Below are positions 10,200-20,877 of a DNA stretch of 55,853 bases, piece by piece; position 1 is the stretch's first letter; the number at the start of each line of letters is the position of its first letter. The notes under the pieces are model-generated. The model worked only from the letters and a program-made list of their open reading frames with translations. It was not told where the DNA came from and searched no databases. A program made the position numbers and the translations under genes. The DNA comes from Clostridia bacterium (GTDB lineage Bacteria > Bacillota > Clostridia > RUG12999): assembly GCA_045546415.1 (NCBI GenBank), contig JAZQCS010000071.1, positions 1-55,853 on the forward strand, written 5' to 3'.

Positions 10200-10883
10200 T
10201 TAAACATTGTAATTTCTGGTGCCGAAAATTTTAGAACCCACTCTCACCATGGTGGCACCTTCTTCAACAGCAATTTCATAATCGCCACTCATACCCATGG
10301 AAAGCTCTGTAAGGTTATATTCCTCCTTATGCTTTTCAAAAAGCTCACGGAGTTTTATAAAATAGCCCCTGGTGGTTTCAGGGTCAGTTTCAATGGCAGG
10401 TACGGTCATAAGCCCTTTTACGGTTATGCCGGGCAATGCCGAAACAGTTTTAAGAACAGCCTCAAGCTCCTCTGCTTCAAGCCCGAACTTTGCATCATCC
10501 TCAGCAACATTCACCTGCAAAAGAACAGAAGTTTTAACCCCTTCCTTTACCGAAACCTTTGAGATTTCCTCAGCAAGCCTTACGGAATCTACCGAGTGGA
10601 TAAGGCAGGCATTTTTTACCGCCTGCTTTACCTTATTGGTCTGCAGATGCCCTATAAGATGCACCTGCATATCTTCAGGTAAAAGAGGCTTTTTTTCACA
10701 CATTTCCTGAACGCGGTTTTCTCCGATTTCCCGTACACCGCACTCATACGCCGTTATAATATCCTCCGCGGGATAGGTTTTGGAAACAGCAATGAGTTTA
10801 ATTTCCCCGGGATTTCTCCCTGAGCGTTCAGCGGCCAGGCATATGTTTTTTCTGACCGATTCAAGATTTTCTTTAATACTCAA
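10200..10883 (-). CDS. yggS: YggS/YlmE pyridoxal-phosphate homeostasis protein
   Basis: LIAVSKT, GENRVQE, HLIGHLQTNKVK, LSMGMSGDY, GATMVRVGSKIFG; TTG start at 10883 after AGGAGG. Confidence 0.95.
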   Translation of the reverse strand: MSIKENLESVRKNICLAAERSGRNPGEIKLIAVSKTYPAEDIITAYECGVREIGENRVQEMCEKKPLLPEDMQVHLIGHLQTNKVKQAVKNACLIHSVDSVRLAEEISKVSVKEGVKTSVLLQVNVAEDDAKFGLEAEELEAVLKTVSALPGITVKGLMTVPAIETDPETTRGYFIKLRELFEKHKEEYNLTELSMGMSGDYEIAVEEGATMVRVGSKIFGTRNYNV

Positions 10884-10896
10884 GCCTTTCCCCCTC

Positions 10897-12078
10897 CTAT
10901 TTCCTTTTGGTACGCACAACAACCTCATCGTAAAGCAACAGCTCGTTTGAATCGGTTCCGGCTTTTACAATGGAGGTGCCGTCAGGAAGTGAGCAAAGCA
11001 CCTTAACCTGTTTCTGCTTTGTTCCTGAGGTTTTGCGCACATCAACCACCATACCGGCTTCCCCTCCGTCCATAATGGCTTTAGAGGGAATGCGAAGACC
11101 TTTATAGGTAGTTTTAATTATATCAACGGTACACACTCTCTGGCTGTAAATATCACCCACATAACAGGTACCCTCAATATTCAAAATTACTTTTTTACCG
11201 TCGTAAACAAAGGAGTGAACCCTTGCATCAACGGGCTGCTGTTCGCTTCCGGTAAACCTTACGGTAATTGCCTGACCTTCGGCAAGTCCTGCTACAGTAT
11301 CCTTATCGGTAACCACAGAAACAATCCAGCCGGAGTTATCCACAATTTTACAAACAGCACCTTGTATTTCGCCCTCTATAGGCTCGCCCTTTTCAATTTT
11401 GTTAAGCTTGTCCGCTGTAAGGGAGGATACATCGGAAATTTTCACACTCTCATAGCCATCCACAAAATTGTAATAAAGCCCGGAAACCGGTGCAGTAAGA
11501 CCCATTCGTTTACCGCTGAGCTTACTTTCCAGAGTTGCCTTGCGGTTGTTCAGCTCAGTAAGGTCGCTGTTTCCGCCGCGGCTTTCTCCTTCAAGGTAGC
11601 GTTTTCTGCCCACAAGCATATTAATTTCATTAATGAGCGCCTGAATTTCCGTTCCCAAGCCAGCTCTTCCCTTAGAGGCTATCTGCCCGGAAAGGGTGGT
11701 TATTCTTGCGTTTATTTCGTTAATATCTGTCATATTCAGCAGGGTTGCGTCCTGAATTTTCTCAAGCTCCTCAATCCTTTCGTTTACCTGAGAAAGCTCT
11801 GCAATTACCTTTTCGTCCGCATTGCCCGAATAAACATACCCCACATTGGAGTACCGTGTTACACGGGTACCGGGGGTTATGCTGTTCTGCAGGCTTCCTT
11901 TAAGCTCCGAAACAATGGGATACTCGTTACGGATAATTACTCCCTTTGCCTGGAAGGCTTCTTCATATTCACCTGAAACGGCAGTCATATGGGTTTCGTC
12001 CACCGAAACCTTGCCGTAAACCCACCACACTCCTATGAGTATGGCAAGAATTAAAAGCATTGAAAGAAACTTTTTCAT
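10897..12078 (-). CDS. Putative membrane fusion/HlyD-like periplasmic adaptor protein (clostridial gene typically upstream of yggS)
   Basis: N-terminal TM helix, GVIIRNE, coiled coil, TAPVSG...VDGYE, KIVDN, GLRIPSKAI, LLLYDEVV. Confidence 0.7.
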   Translation of the reverse strand: MKKFLSMLLILAILIGVWWVYGKVSVDETHMTAVSGEYEEAFQAKGVIIRNEYPIVSELKGSLQNSITPGTRVTRYSNVGYVYSGNADEKVIAELSQVNERIEELEKIQDATLLNMTDINEINARITTLSGQIASKGRAGLGTEIQALINEINMLVGRKRYLEGESRGGNSDLTELNNRKATLESKLSGKRMGLTAPVSGLYYNFVDGYESVKISDVSSLTADKLNKIEKGEPIEGEIQGAVCKIVDNSGWIVSVVTDKDTVAGLAEGQAITVRFTGSEQQPVDARVHSFVYDGKKVILNIEGTCYVGDIYSQRVCTVDIIKTTYKGLRIPSKAIMDGGEAGMVVDVRKTSGTKQKQVKVLCSLPDGTSIVKAGTDSNELLLYDEVVVRTKRK

Positions 12079-12992
12079 TTCAGTTCTCCTCTGATAATTT
12101 CCTCTGCTCTGTCCACGGGGTTATCCCCGGGGTCAAGTATGTTATAATTACCTCTTTTAAACCACGAAATCTGCCTTTTGGCATATCTGCGGCTTTCCAT
12201 TTTAATTTTTTCTACCGCTTCCTCACGGGAAATTTCTCCCTGAAGGTACTGCACAAGCTCTTTATATCCAATTGCCTGCATTGCGGTATTTTTTTCGGTA
12301 AGACCCATTTCAAGGCAAGCCTTTACCTCCTGTTCAAGCCCCTGCTCCAGCATAATATCCACACGGTGGTTTATACGGTCATACAAAACCTCTCTGTCCC
12401 AACCAAGCATAAACCGTATGGGATTATAAATGGCAGGTGCACTGCGGCTTTCGCGATTATGCTCACCAATGGTTTTACCCGTTGCACGGTACACCTCAAG
12501 AGCACGGATAACACGCTTGGTATCGTTAACATGAAGCTTTTCATAGCTTTCGGGGTCACAATCCGCAAGAAGCCCGTGAAGTGCCTCGTTTCCGTAAGCT
12601 GCAGCAAACTCTTCAAGCTCACGGCGGACCTTTTCATCACCCTCAGCCTCACCAAGTGTAATGTTTTCGCTTACCGTGTCAATGTAAAGCCCGGTACCTC
12701 CTACCATTATGGGAAGCTTTCCTCTCCGGTGGATGTCAGCAATTACCTTATGTGCCATTCCGACATAATCCGCCAGAGAAAAATTTTCACCGGGATGAAC
12801 AATATCCATAAGATGATGTGGTATGCCCTGCCTTTCCTCGTTGGATGGCTTGGCTGTCCCTACATTCATAAACTTGTAAATCTGCATTGAATCGGCAGAA
12901 ACAATTTCGCCGTTCAGCCTTTTTGCAAGCTCTACCGAAAGGGCGGTTTTGCCCGATGCGGTAGGTCCTGCTATGATGACCAAGGGTATCAT
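12075..12992 (-). CDS. miaA: tRNA dimethylallyltransferase
   Basis: GPTASGKT, EIVSADSMQIY, VGTAKP, VGGTGLY, RVIRALEV, QAIGYKE, RRYAKRQ. Confidence 0.97.
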   Translation of the reverse strand: MIPLVIIAGPTASGKTALSVELAKRLNGEIVSADSMQIYKFMNVGTAKPSNEERQGIPHHLMDIVHPGENFSLADYVGMAHKVIADIHRRGKLPIMVGGTGLYIDTVSENITLGEAEGDEKVRRELEEFAAAYGNEALHGLLADCDPESYEKLHVNDTKRVIRALEVYRATGKTIGEHNRESRSAPAIYNPIRFMLGWDREVLYDRINHRVDIMLEQGLEQEVKACLEMGLTEKNTAMQAIGYKELVQYLQGEISREEAVEKIKMESRRYAKRQISWFKRGNYNILDPGDNPVDRAEEIIRGELK

Positions 12993-12993
12993 T

Positions 12994-14907
12994 TTACAAC
13001 CTCTTAAACAATTTTTCAATAAAAGCTTTTGTAACGGTAGTGCTCACCGGTCTGCCGTGGGGACAGGTAAGGGTTTTTTCAGATTCACGCACACTTTTTA
13101 CAAGGCTTTCCATTTCGGGAAGTGTCAGCTTGTGGTGACCTTTTACGGCACTCCGGCAAGCTATGGTGTAAAGAATCCGTTCTTCCTTTGCGGTTTCATT
13201 AGCCTGTTTACCTTCACGAAGATTTCCTATAATTTCCACCACCGTGTCACGGACCTGCTCTTTTGTAATTACATAAGGCACGCCACGGACGGCAATGTCG
13301 TTATCACCAAACTCGTCAAGCTCCCAGCCTATGCTTTCAAAAAAGGCTTTATTTTCCATTACCACCGCGAACTCTGTGGGAGTAAGGCTGACAATTTCAG
13401 GCACAAGCAACATCTGAGGAAGAATTTTCTTCTCACTTTTTTCTTTTACAAGACGCTCGTAAATGAGCCTTTCGTGGGCGGCGTGCTGGTCAATAAGCAC
13501 CAGGTTGTCACCCTCTTCAATAAGTATATATGTGTTAAACAGCTGACCGATTATTGAAAAGCTTTCACCTGACACAAAAGCGGCCGACTGTATATATTCA
13601 ATATCACCGATTTTTTTCTTTGCACCCTCTGAAGGAGCTGTTTTTTCTTCAGCCTCAGCCTTTGGCTCAGGCTTTTTTTCCTCAGGCTTTTTCCCGGAAA
13701 ACTCTGCAAGAATGCTCTTTCTTATGGCATCCGCATCGGGTTTTTGCTGTTTTTTAAGCTCCGCAAGGTCTTTTGCATCAGGCACATAGGAAGCACCTTT
13801 GCCTGAGCTTTCTTTTTCCGCAACTGCTGAAACTGCACCGCTGAAGCCTTTAGACGAGGGGATTTTTGCCGTGGGAATTTTAATTTCCTCTCTGACCTCC
13901 GGCTGTGCATCCACAACGGGAGAAAGCTTTTGCATAAGGGCGTTTTTTACCGCCCAGTAAACAGAGGAATAAATTTGGTTTTCATTGGCAAACTTAACCT
14001 CAAGCTTGGCAGGATGCACATTTACATCCACCGTGGAAGGGTCAACCTCCACCTTAAGCACCGCAACGGGAAAATGGCCAATGGGTATCATCCCCTTAAA
14101 GCCCTCCTCAAGTGCCGCTGTAAGGGTACGGCTCACAATAGGACGGTTATTCACATAAAAGCTCTGGAGAGCTCTGTTTTTACGGTAAAGGGTAATATTT
14201 CCCATAAGACCGCCTATTTTTACACCGTTTTCATTATATTCAATGGAAACGCAGGCAGAGGAAACATCCTTGCCGTAAACTGCATACACGGTGTTTTTCA
14301 GGTTACCGTCACCGGGGGTAAACAGCTTTTCCTTGCCATCACTTACAAAGCGGAAGGAAATTTCCGGATGTGCCAGGGCAAGCTTGCGCACAACCTCCTC
14401 CACATAGCCGGCTTCGGTATAATCCTTTTTCAGGAATTTCATTCTTGCCGGGGTGTTATAAAACAGATTTTTCACCGAGATTCTCGTTCCTATGGGACAG
14501 CCTGCGGTTTCGTTGGAAAGCACCTTTCCGCCTTCAACCACAACCTGTCTGCCCTCAAGGCCTTCCATACGGGAGGTCAGGGTAACACGGCTTACCGCAC
14601 CGATGCTTGCAAGCGCCTCACCGCGGAAGCCCAGGGTGAGAATTGCCGCAAGGTCTTCGGGAGTGGAAATTTTACTTGTTGCGTGGCGAAGAAAGGCTGT
14701 TTCCATATCCTCCGGATGAATTCCGCAGCCGTTATCCGTAACGGTAAGCTCGCGGAGACCGCCACCGCTTATTTCCACAGTAACAGATGTTGCACCGGCA
14801 TCTATAGCATTTTCGCAAATCTCCTTTGCTGCAGAGCTTGGGCGTTCTACCACCTCACCTGCCGCTATCATATTTGAAAGCTGGGAGTCCAGCACCTTTA
14901 CAAGCAT
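12994..14907 (-). CDS. mutL: DNA mismatch repair endonuclease MutL
   Basis: IAAGEVVERP, GFRGEAL, VDVNVHPAKLEV, DQHAAHER, ACR, CPHGRP. Confidence 0.98.
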   Translation of the reverse strand: MLVKVLDSQLSNMIAAGEVVERPSSAAKEICENAIDAGATSVTVEISGGGLRELTVTDNGCGIHPEDMETAFLRHATSKISTPEDLAAILTLGFRGEALASIGAVSRVTLTSRMEGLEGRQVVVEGGKVLSNETAGCPIGTRISVKNLFYNTPARMKFLKKDYTEAGYVEEVVRKLALAHPEISFRFVSDGKEKLFTPGDGNLKNTVYAVYGKDVSSACVSIEYNENGVKIGGLMGNITLYRKNRALQSFYVNNRPIVSRTLTAALEEGFKGMIPIGHFPVAVLKVEVDPSTVDVNVHPAKLEVKFANENQIYSSVYWAVKNALMQKLSPVVDAQPEVREEIKIPTAKIPSSKGFSGAVSAVAEKESSGKGASYVPDAKDLAELKKQQKPDADAIRKSILAEFSGKKPEEKKPEPKAEAEEKTAPSEGAKKKIGDIEYIQSAAFVSGESFSIIGQLFNTYILIEEGDNLVLIDQHAAHERLIYERLVKEKSEKKILPQMLLVPEIVSLTPTEFAVVMENKAFFESIGWELDEFGDNDIAVRGVPYVITKEQVRDTVVEIIGNLREGKQANETAKEERILYTIACRSAVKGHHKLTLPEMESLVKSVRESEKTLTCPHGRPVSTTVTKAFIEKLFKRL

Positions 14908-14925
14908 AATTTCACCTCCGGAAAA

Positions 14926-17538
14926 CTAAAGTAATTTTTTCAAATCGTAAAGAATTCCCATTGCCTCAATGGGGGTAATTGTATTAATATCAAGCTCCTT
15001 GAGTTTTTCCTCTACGGGGCTTGCCACCGACATAAGGCTCATCTGCCCGGAAATGGGAGCTTTTGAGCTCGTCACAACGGAGGGTTTAACAACAACCTGA
15101 CCGTTTTCCTGTTCTATGCCATTTAAAATTTCCTTTGCACGGCGGATAACACTTTCAGGCACACCTGCAAGAAGAGCAACCTCCACACCGTAGCTTCGGT
15201 CTGCACTGCCTTTTGTTATTTTGCGAAGGAAAATTATATCGTCTCCGCGCTTTTTAACGGCAGTACTGTAATTTACCACACCGGGCAGGGTCTTGTCCAG
15301 AGTGGTAAGCTCATGATAGTGGGTTGCAAAAAGGGTTTTTGCACCGCACTTTTTAGGGTCAGCGGTATATTCAAGCACCGCCCAGGCAATGGCTAAGCCG
15401 TCATAGGTGCTTGTGCCTCTGCCTATTTCGTCGTATATAATAAGACTGCGTTTTGTGGCATTTTTAAGAATATTTGCCACCTCGCTCATTTCCACCATGA
15501 AGGTGCTCTGTCCTGCGGAAAGGTCATCCGAAGCGCCAACACGGGTGAAAATACGGTCAACAATTCCTATGTGTGCAGAGGAGGCAGGAACAAAGCTGCC
15601 TATCTGTGCCATAAGGGTTATTACCGCCACCTGGCGCATATATGTGGATTTACCTGCCATATTGGGACCGGTTATTATGGAAAGCCTTTCCCCCGAATTG
15701 TTAAGGTCGGTATCATTGGGAACAAACATTGTTTTTGAAATGGTTTCAACAACGGGGTGTCTGCCATCTTTAATTTCAATAACTCCCGATTCATCCACAA
15801 CGGGCTTTGAGTAGTTATTCTTTGCGGCAACGCAGGCAAGGGAATTAAGACAGTCCAGAGTGGAAACCACTCTTGCAGAGGTTTTTATTCTCTCGTTTGC
15901 CTCCGAAACCTTTTTTCTTACCTGACAGAAAAGGTCATATTCAAGCTGAACCTTCTTGTCCTTAGCGTCAATTATAAGCACCTCAATTTCTTTAAGACGG
16001 GGGGTTATGTAACGCTCTCCGTTTGTTAAGGTCTGCTTGCGAATATAGTAATCAGGCACTTTGTCCTTGTTGGAATTGGATATTTCTATGTAATAGCCAA
16101 AAACACGGTTGAAACCCACTTTAAGGTTTTTAATGCCCGTTTTTTCTCTTTCCTCGGCTTCAACCTCGGCAATCCACTGTATGCCGTTTTCTTCTGCCTC
16201 ACGGTACTTGTCGAGGGTTTCGTTAAAGCCGTTCTTTATAATTCCGCCTTCTTTTATGGTGGTGGCAGGGCTGTCATCTATTGCCATATCAACAAGCATG
16301 GCAATATCATCAAGGGTATCAAGCTTAGCCGCAAGGGAAACCAGAATTTTACTGCGGCATCTCGAAAGAAGGCCGGCAAGTGCAGGAAGCTCCATTGCGG
16401 AGTGACCGATTGCAAGCACCTCTTTGGCGTTTGCACTTCCGTTTACAACCTTGGCGTTAAGGCGTTCAAGGTCACGGACACGGCCCATCACCTGACACAG
16501 CTCGTCCCTCATTTCCATTGAACCGAAAAGCTCTTCAACACCGCCCAGACGGTTATTGATGGAAACGGGATTCAGAAGAGGATGCTCAAGCCAGTAACGA
16601 AGCATTCTTGCACCCATTGCCGTAGAGGTTTTATCCACAACGCTGAGCAAACTGCCTTTTTTCCCTCTGCCGCGCATACTTTCGGTAATTTCAAGGTTTC
16701 TTCTGGAAGAAACATCAATATCCATATACTGTGTTGCCCGGTAATATTCCACATAGTTTATGTGGTCAATGGTGGTTTTCTGAGTTTTTATAATATAACT
16801 TACAGCTGCACCTACAGCACAGATACACAAGCCGTTTTCGGGCATACCCAAATCTGTCGCAAACTTTCCGAACTGGTTTTTTATAACCTCCTCAGCGGCA
16901 GGCTGTTCAAACTCCTCCGCCTCGCCTTTTGAGACATAGCAGTTATATTTATCCTCAGCAAGCTTACATATCACCCCATCCTCCGCCGCTTCGGGAGAAA
17001 GATATATTTCCGAAGGAGAAAACCTTGCAAGCTCTGCTTCAAAGCCCGCCATAAGGTCACCTTCAACATCGGTGCAGTAAAGCTCACCTGTGGAATAATC
17101 CAGAAAAGCAATACCAATTCCGCCATCCTGCTTTTTTACCGATGCAAGAAAATTGTTTTTTGTTTGCTCAACGGCATTTTCGTCGGTAATTGTGCCGGGG
17201 GTTACAATGCGCACAACCTCACGGCGCACAAGACCCTTTGCCGCCTTCGGGTCTTCGGTCTGCTCACAGATTGCAACCTTGTAGCCGCTTTCCACAAGCT
17301 TATTTATGTAGCCGGTTGCGGCATGGTAAGGCACGCCGCACATGGGGGCACGCTCCTCCTGACCGCAGTCCTTACCCGTCAGGGTAAGCTCCAGCTCACG
17401 GGACACCGTTACGGCATCCTCAAAAAACATCTCATAAAAATCGCCAAGACGGTAAAACAAAATGCAATCCTCATACTGCGCTTTTGTTTCCAGGTACTGA
17501 CGCATCATTGGGGTAAACTCCCCGCTAATTTTCGCCAA
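14926..17538 (-). CDS. mutS: DNA mismatch repair protein MutS
   Basis: TPMMRQY, GDFYEMF, TGPNMAGKSTY, STFMVEM, DEIGRGTST, FATHYHEL. Confidence 0.98.
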   Translation of the reverse strand: MAKISGEFTPMMRQYLETKAQYEDCILFYRLGDFYEMFFEDAVTVSRELELTLTGKDCGQEERAPMCGVPYHAATGYINKLVESGYKVAICEQTEDPKAAKGLVRREVVRIVTPGTITDENAVEQTKNNFLASVKKQDGGIGIAFLDYSTGELYCTDVEGDLMAGFEAELARFSPSEIYLSPEAAEDGVICKLAEDKYNCYVSKGEAEEFEQPAAEEVIKNQFGKFATDLGMPENGLCICAVGAAVSYIIKTQKTTIDHINYVEYYRATQYMDIDVSSRRNLEITESMRGRGKKGSLLSVVDKTSTAMGARMLRYWLEHPLLNPVSINNRLGGVEELFGSMEMRDELCQVMGRVRDLERLNAKVVNGSANAKEVLAIGHSAMELPALAGLLSRCRSKILVSLAAKLDTLDDIAMLVDMAIDDSPATTIKEGGIIKNGFNETLDKYREAEENGIQWIAEVEAEEREKTGIKNLKVGFNRVFGYYIEISNSNKDKVPDYYIRKQTLTNGERYITPRLKEIEVLIIDAKDKKVQLEYDLFCQVRKKVSEANERIKTSARVVSTLDCLNSLACVAAKNNYSKPVVDESGVIEIKDGRHPVVETISKTMFVPNDTDLNNSGERLSIITGPNMAGKSTYMRQVAVITLMAQIGSFVPASSAHIGIVDRIFTRVGASDDLSAGQSTFMVEMSEVANILKNATKRSLIIYDEIGRGTSTYDGLAIAWAVLEYTADPKKCGAKTLFATHYHELTTLDKTLPGVVNYSTAVKKRGDDIIFLRKITKGSADRSYGVEVALLAGVPESVIRRAKEILNGIEQENGQVVVKPSVVTSSKAPISGQMSLMSVASPVEEKLKELDINTITPIEAMGILYDLKKLL

Positions 17539-17566
17539 TTTTTACACCTCAATATCTATTTTAAGA

Positions 17567-17962
17567 TTAATGACATCCGCCACAGGAGCCGCAATTGCCG
17601 GAACATGAGCCTTCCTGCTCTTTTTCGCCGGTAACGAAATATTTGATAATGGCATCAACTTTTGCAAGAATTTCCTCAACCTGCTGTTTTGCCGCCATAT
17701 ATTCAGCAATTTCGGGGCATTTTGAAACCTCTTCGTATTTTGCAGCCATTTTTTTACGGATTTCAATCATTTCCATGGGAGTAATATCCTCCCGTTTTGC
17801 CTCCTCTGCAAGGCTTGCACGAAGCTCGGAATACTCTGCTGTTAAAATCTGTGCCTGTTCGCTGCTTTCGTAGGCAATTTCTTTAAGTGTGTAGTTTTTC
17901 ATAGCCTCACTGTCGCGGATTGCTTCTCCGAGAGCAGTTGCTTTTTCAATAATCTTGTCCAT
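17567..17962 (-). CDS. YlbF/YmcA (Ric) family regulator with Cys-rich tail
   Basis: Helical 131 aa (IIEKATALGEAIRDS), C-terminal CSGNCGSCGGCH, position between miaB and mutS. Confidence 0.8.
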   Translation of the reverse strand: MDKIIEKATALGEAIRDSEAMKNYTLKEIAYESSEQAQILTAEYSELRASLAEEAKREDITPMEMIEIRKKMAAKYEEVSKCPEIAEYMAAKQQVEEILAKVDAIIKYFVTGEKEQEGSCSGNCGSCGGCH

Positions 17963-17976
17963 TTTTCTCTGCCTTT

Positions 17977-19401
17977 CTATTTTTCAATTTCGCCAACCAT
18001 ATACCAGGTTCTGGCGCTTATAATTTTTATATTTACAATTTCACCGATAAGCTCTTCTCCGCCTTCAAAATGCACAAGCTTGAAGGTGTCGGTATGACCG
18101 GTTAAAAGCTTTTCGTTTTCCTTGCTTTTTCCTTCCACAAGCACGGGGTAGGTTTTCCCCACACAAGCAGCGGTTTTTTCTGCGGTAATTTCGTTCTGCA
18201 CCTCTAAAAGCCTTTCAAAATGTGCCTGCTTTTCCTCATGGGTGAAGGGGTCCTCCATTTCGCTTGCCGGTGTACCCTTACGGGGCGAGAAAATGAAGGA
18301 GAAAATTCCGTCAAACCGTACCTTGCGCAGTACATCCAGAGTTTCCTCAAAATCCTCCTCCGTTTCACCGGGAAAGCCTACAATAATATCGGTGGTAAGT
18401 GCAATATCCGGAATTTTTGCTCTGATTTTTTCAATCAGGCTTATAAAACCTTCTTTTGTGTATTTACGGTTCATTCTGCGGAGAATTTCCGTAGACCCGG
18501 ACTGCAACGCAAGATGAATGTGTTTACAAACACTTTTGCACTCTGCTATTGCAGAAATGGTTTCATCGGAAAAATCCTTAGGATGGGAGGACATAAACCT
18601 TACCCGCTCAATGCCCTCTATTTTATCAATTTCCCGAAGCAGGTTTGCAAAGCTGTTTTTATCCCCACCGTCACCGCGGTAGGAATTAACATTCTGACCC
18701 AGAAGCATAATTTCCTTACAGCCGTTTTTTGCAAGACCTTGTATTTCCTCAAGAACCGAGCTTATGTCACGGCTTCGTTCCCTGCCTCGTGTATAAGGCA
18801 CAATGCAGTAGGAACAGAAGTTGTTACAGCCGTACATAATGGTTACCCTTGCGGTGTGGGTTTTTTCCCTTTCCACCGGCATACCTTCACAAATAAACTC
18901 CGAGCCTTCAAAAACCTCAAACACTCTTTTCTGACCGCGAAGCTTTTTCAGAAGCAAAACCGGAAAATTATGCAGATTGTGAGTTCCGAAAACAACATCC
19001 ACAAAGTGAAAGGACTTTTTTATTTTTTCCACCACATGAGGCTGCTGCATCATACATCCGCATATGCAAATTACAAGGTCAGGGTTTTTCTCCTTAAGCT
19101 TCTTAAAGGCACCCACATTCCCAAGCACTCTCATTTCCGCACCTTCACGGACAGCACAGGTGTTCACAACAATTACCTCTGCCTCTGACGGGTCCCCGGT
19201 AAAACCGTAGCCCGCCGCTTTAAGCATTCCCCGTATACGCTCCATATCCGCCTCGTTCTGCTGACATCCGTACACAACGGTGTGAGCAAGAAGAGGCTTT
19301 CCGCTACCGGAAGCTTTTTCGCTATTAAGTTTTTTTATACCTTCAAGAGCCTTTATGTGTTCCGTGCCGAAAACAAGCTCTGCCGTGTTTTTTTCTGTCA
19401 T
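17977..19401 (-). CDS. miaB: tRNA-2-methylthio-N6-dimethylallyladenosine synthase
   Basis: YGCQQN, NTCAVRE, radical SAM CNNFCSYC, LLGQNVNSY, TDIIVGFPGET, TRAM domain. Confidence 0.97.
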   Translation of the reverse strand: MTEKNTAELVFGTEHIKALEGIKKLNSEKASGSGKPLLAHTVVYGCQQNEADMERIRGMLKAAGYGFTGDPSEAEVIVVNTCAVREGAEMRVLGNVGAFKKLKEKNPDLVICICGCMMQQPHVVEKIKKSFHFVDVVFGTHNLHNFPVLLLKKLRGQKRVFEVFEGSEFICEGMPVEREKTHTARVTIMYGCNNFCSYCIVPYTRGRERSRDISSVLEEIQGLAKNGCKEIMLLGQNVNSYRGDGGDKNSFANLLREIDKIEGIERVRFMSSHPKDFSDETISAIAECKSVCKHIHLALQSGSTEILRRMNRKYTKEGFISLIEKIRAKIPDIALTTDIIVGFPGETEEDFEETLDVLRKVRFDGIFSFIFSPRKGTPASEMEDPFTHEEKQAHFERLLEVQNEITAEKTAACVGKTYPVLVEGKSKENEKLLTGHTDTFKLVHFEGGEELIGEIVNIKIISARTWYMVGEIEK

Positions 19402-19916
19402 TTCGGGTCTCCGTTGAATTTAATACATACTATAATTATAATACACCTTTCTAATTATACAACAAAAAGCCGTTAATTTCAAGTATCCAAGGCAACTTTT
19501 TTTGTTTTTTTTCAAAAAAAATTTACGGGTTCTTCCCAATTTCCTCTAAGTATCTTTTCAATACCTTATTTTATTTTTCATTTTTTTCGGTAAAATTTCA
19601 CCTGTTTACCCTCCCGGTTCCAACGGCTTTAACTTTCTTTTTAGAACTTAGTATCTTTTTGTATGCGTAATTATTGTTTTATTACCATGTTATGCGGTTT
19701 TACCCATTTTATTTTTTTACATAACAGCCCGTTTTCCCCCTTTGTTTTTCATTTTTTTAAAACAAAAAAATGCCCGTTTTACCTGTCTCTTTTCCGATAA
19801 AATCCGTCTTAAAAACAAATATTAATTTTTCTATTGATTTTATTTTTATTTTGGTGTATAATATTTTCAGGAACACCCATGTTTCATTGTAAAAAAATTT
19901 CATTTCAGGTGATTTT

Positions 19917-20834
19917 ATGATGTATCCCAAAACTCTGCCGCCTATGATATCCCCCAGAACCTGGGCACACGCAAATATGTTCAAAAGCGGAAACGATATG
20001 GAATTTACCAAAAGCTACTACCACAGAACAAATTCCACCATTAATATGCACAACCACAATTTTTATGAAATTAACATAATTACCGAAGGTAACGGCAGAC
20101 ATTACATAGAAAACAACAACTGTGAGGCTCTGCCCGGCACGGTTTTTGTAATACCTCCGGGCATAAGCCACGGGTACTACGCAAACCGTCACCTTTGTGT
20201 TTACCACATAATTGTAGGCTACCCCTTCATTGAGCGCTATTCTCCTGAGCTCAGCGCATTACCCGGCTATTCCCTTCTTTTTGAAATTGAGCCTCTTCTT
20301 CGCGGAGAATATGACAGCAACCTTTTTCTCAGCCTTGACGAAACCGAGCTTGAAAAGCTCACCCCCCTTTTTAACCGTCTATGCTCCCTGGAGGTCAGCA
20401 CCTACAAAGGGAAATTTGTAATGAAAAACTCCCTTGTTTTGGAATTAATCAGCATTCTTTCCGAAAAAATTTCAGGGCAGATTCACAATCCGGTATCCCT
20501 TCACAAAAATCCTTATTCCACTCCGGTTATTCGAAGCATGGAATATATACGAAACCATTACAACGAAAAAATTGCTTTTAAAAGCCTCGCGGAAAAGCTG
20601 AATATGTCCTATTCCACTTTTCTCCGCCATTTCTCGGAAATTTGCGGAATGTCCCCCGGTCAGTACCTGAACAACTGCCGTCTGGACAAAGCCCGTGAAA
20701 TGCTTACTCACACCGAAAAAAACATTCTGGACATTGCCATTGAATGCGGATATTATGACAGCTCACATTTCATACGCGCTTATTCCGAAAAATACAAAAT
20801 GAGCCCCTTAGCTTTCCGCAATTCATTAAAATAA
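19917..20834 (+). CDS. AraC-family transcriptional regulator
   Basis: Cupin HNHNFYEI; C-terminal double HTH (ILDIAIECGYYDSSHFIRAY...MSP). Confidence 0.92.
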   Translation: MMYPKTLPPMISPRTWAHANMFKSGNDMEFTKSYYHRTNSTINMHNHNFYEINIITEGNGRHYIENNNCEALPGTVFVIPPGISHGYYANRHLCVYHIIVGYPFIERYSPELSALPGYSLLFEIEPLLRGEYDSNLFLSLDETELEKLTPLFNRLCSLEVSTYKGKFVMKNSLVLELISILSEKISGQIHNPVSLHKNPYSTPVIRSMEYIRNHYNEKIAFKSLAEKLNMSYSTFLRHFSEICGMSPGQYLNNCRLDKAREMLTHTEKNILDIAIECGYYDSSHFIRAYSEKYKMSPLAFRNSLK

Positions 20835-20877
20835 AACTCCCAATTCGGCTTCGTGTTTCCGGGAATACAGCGTGCTC

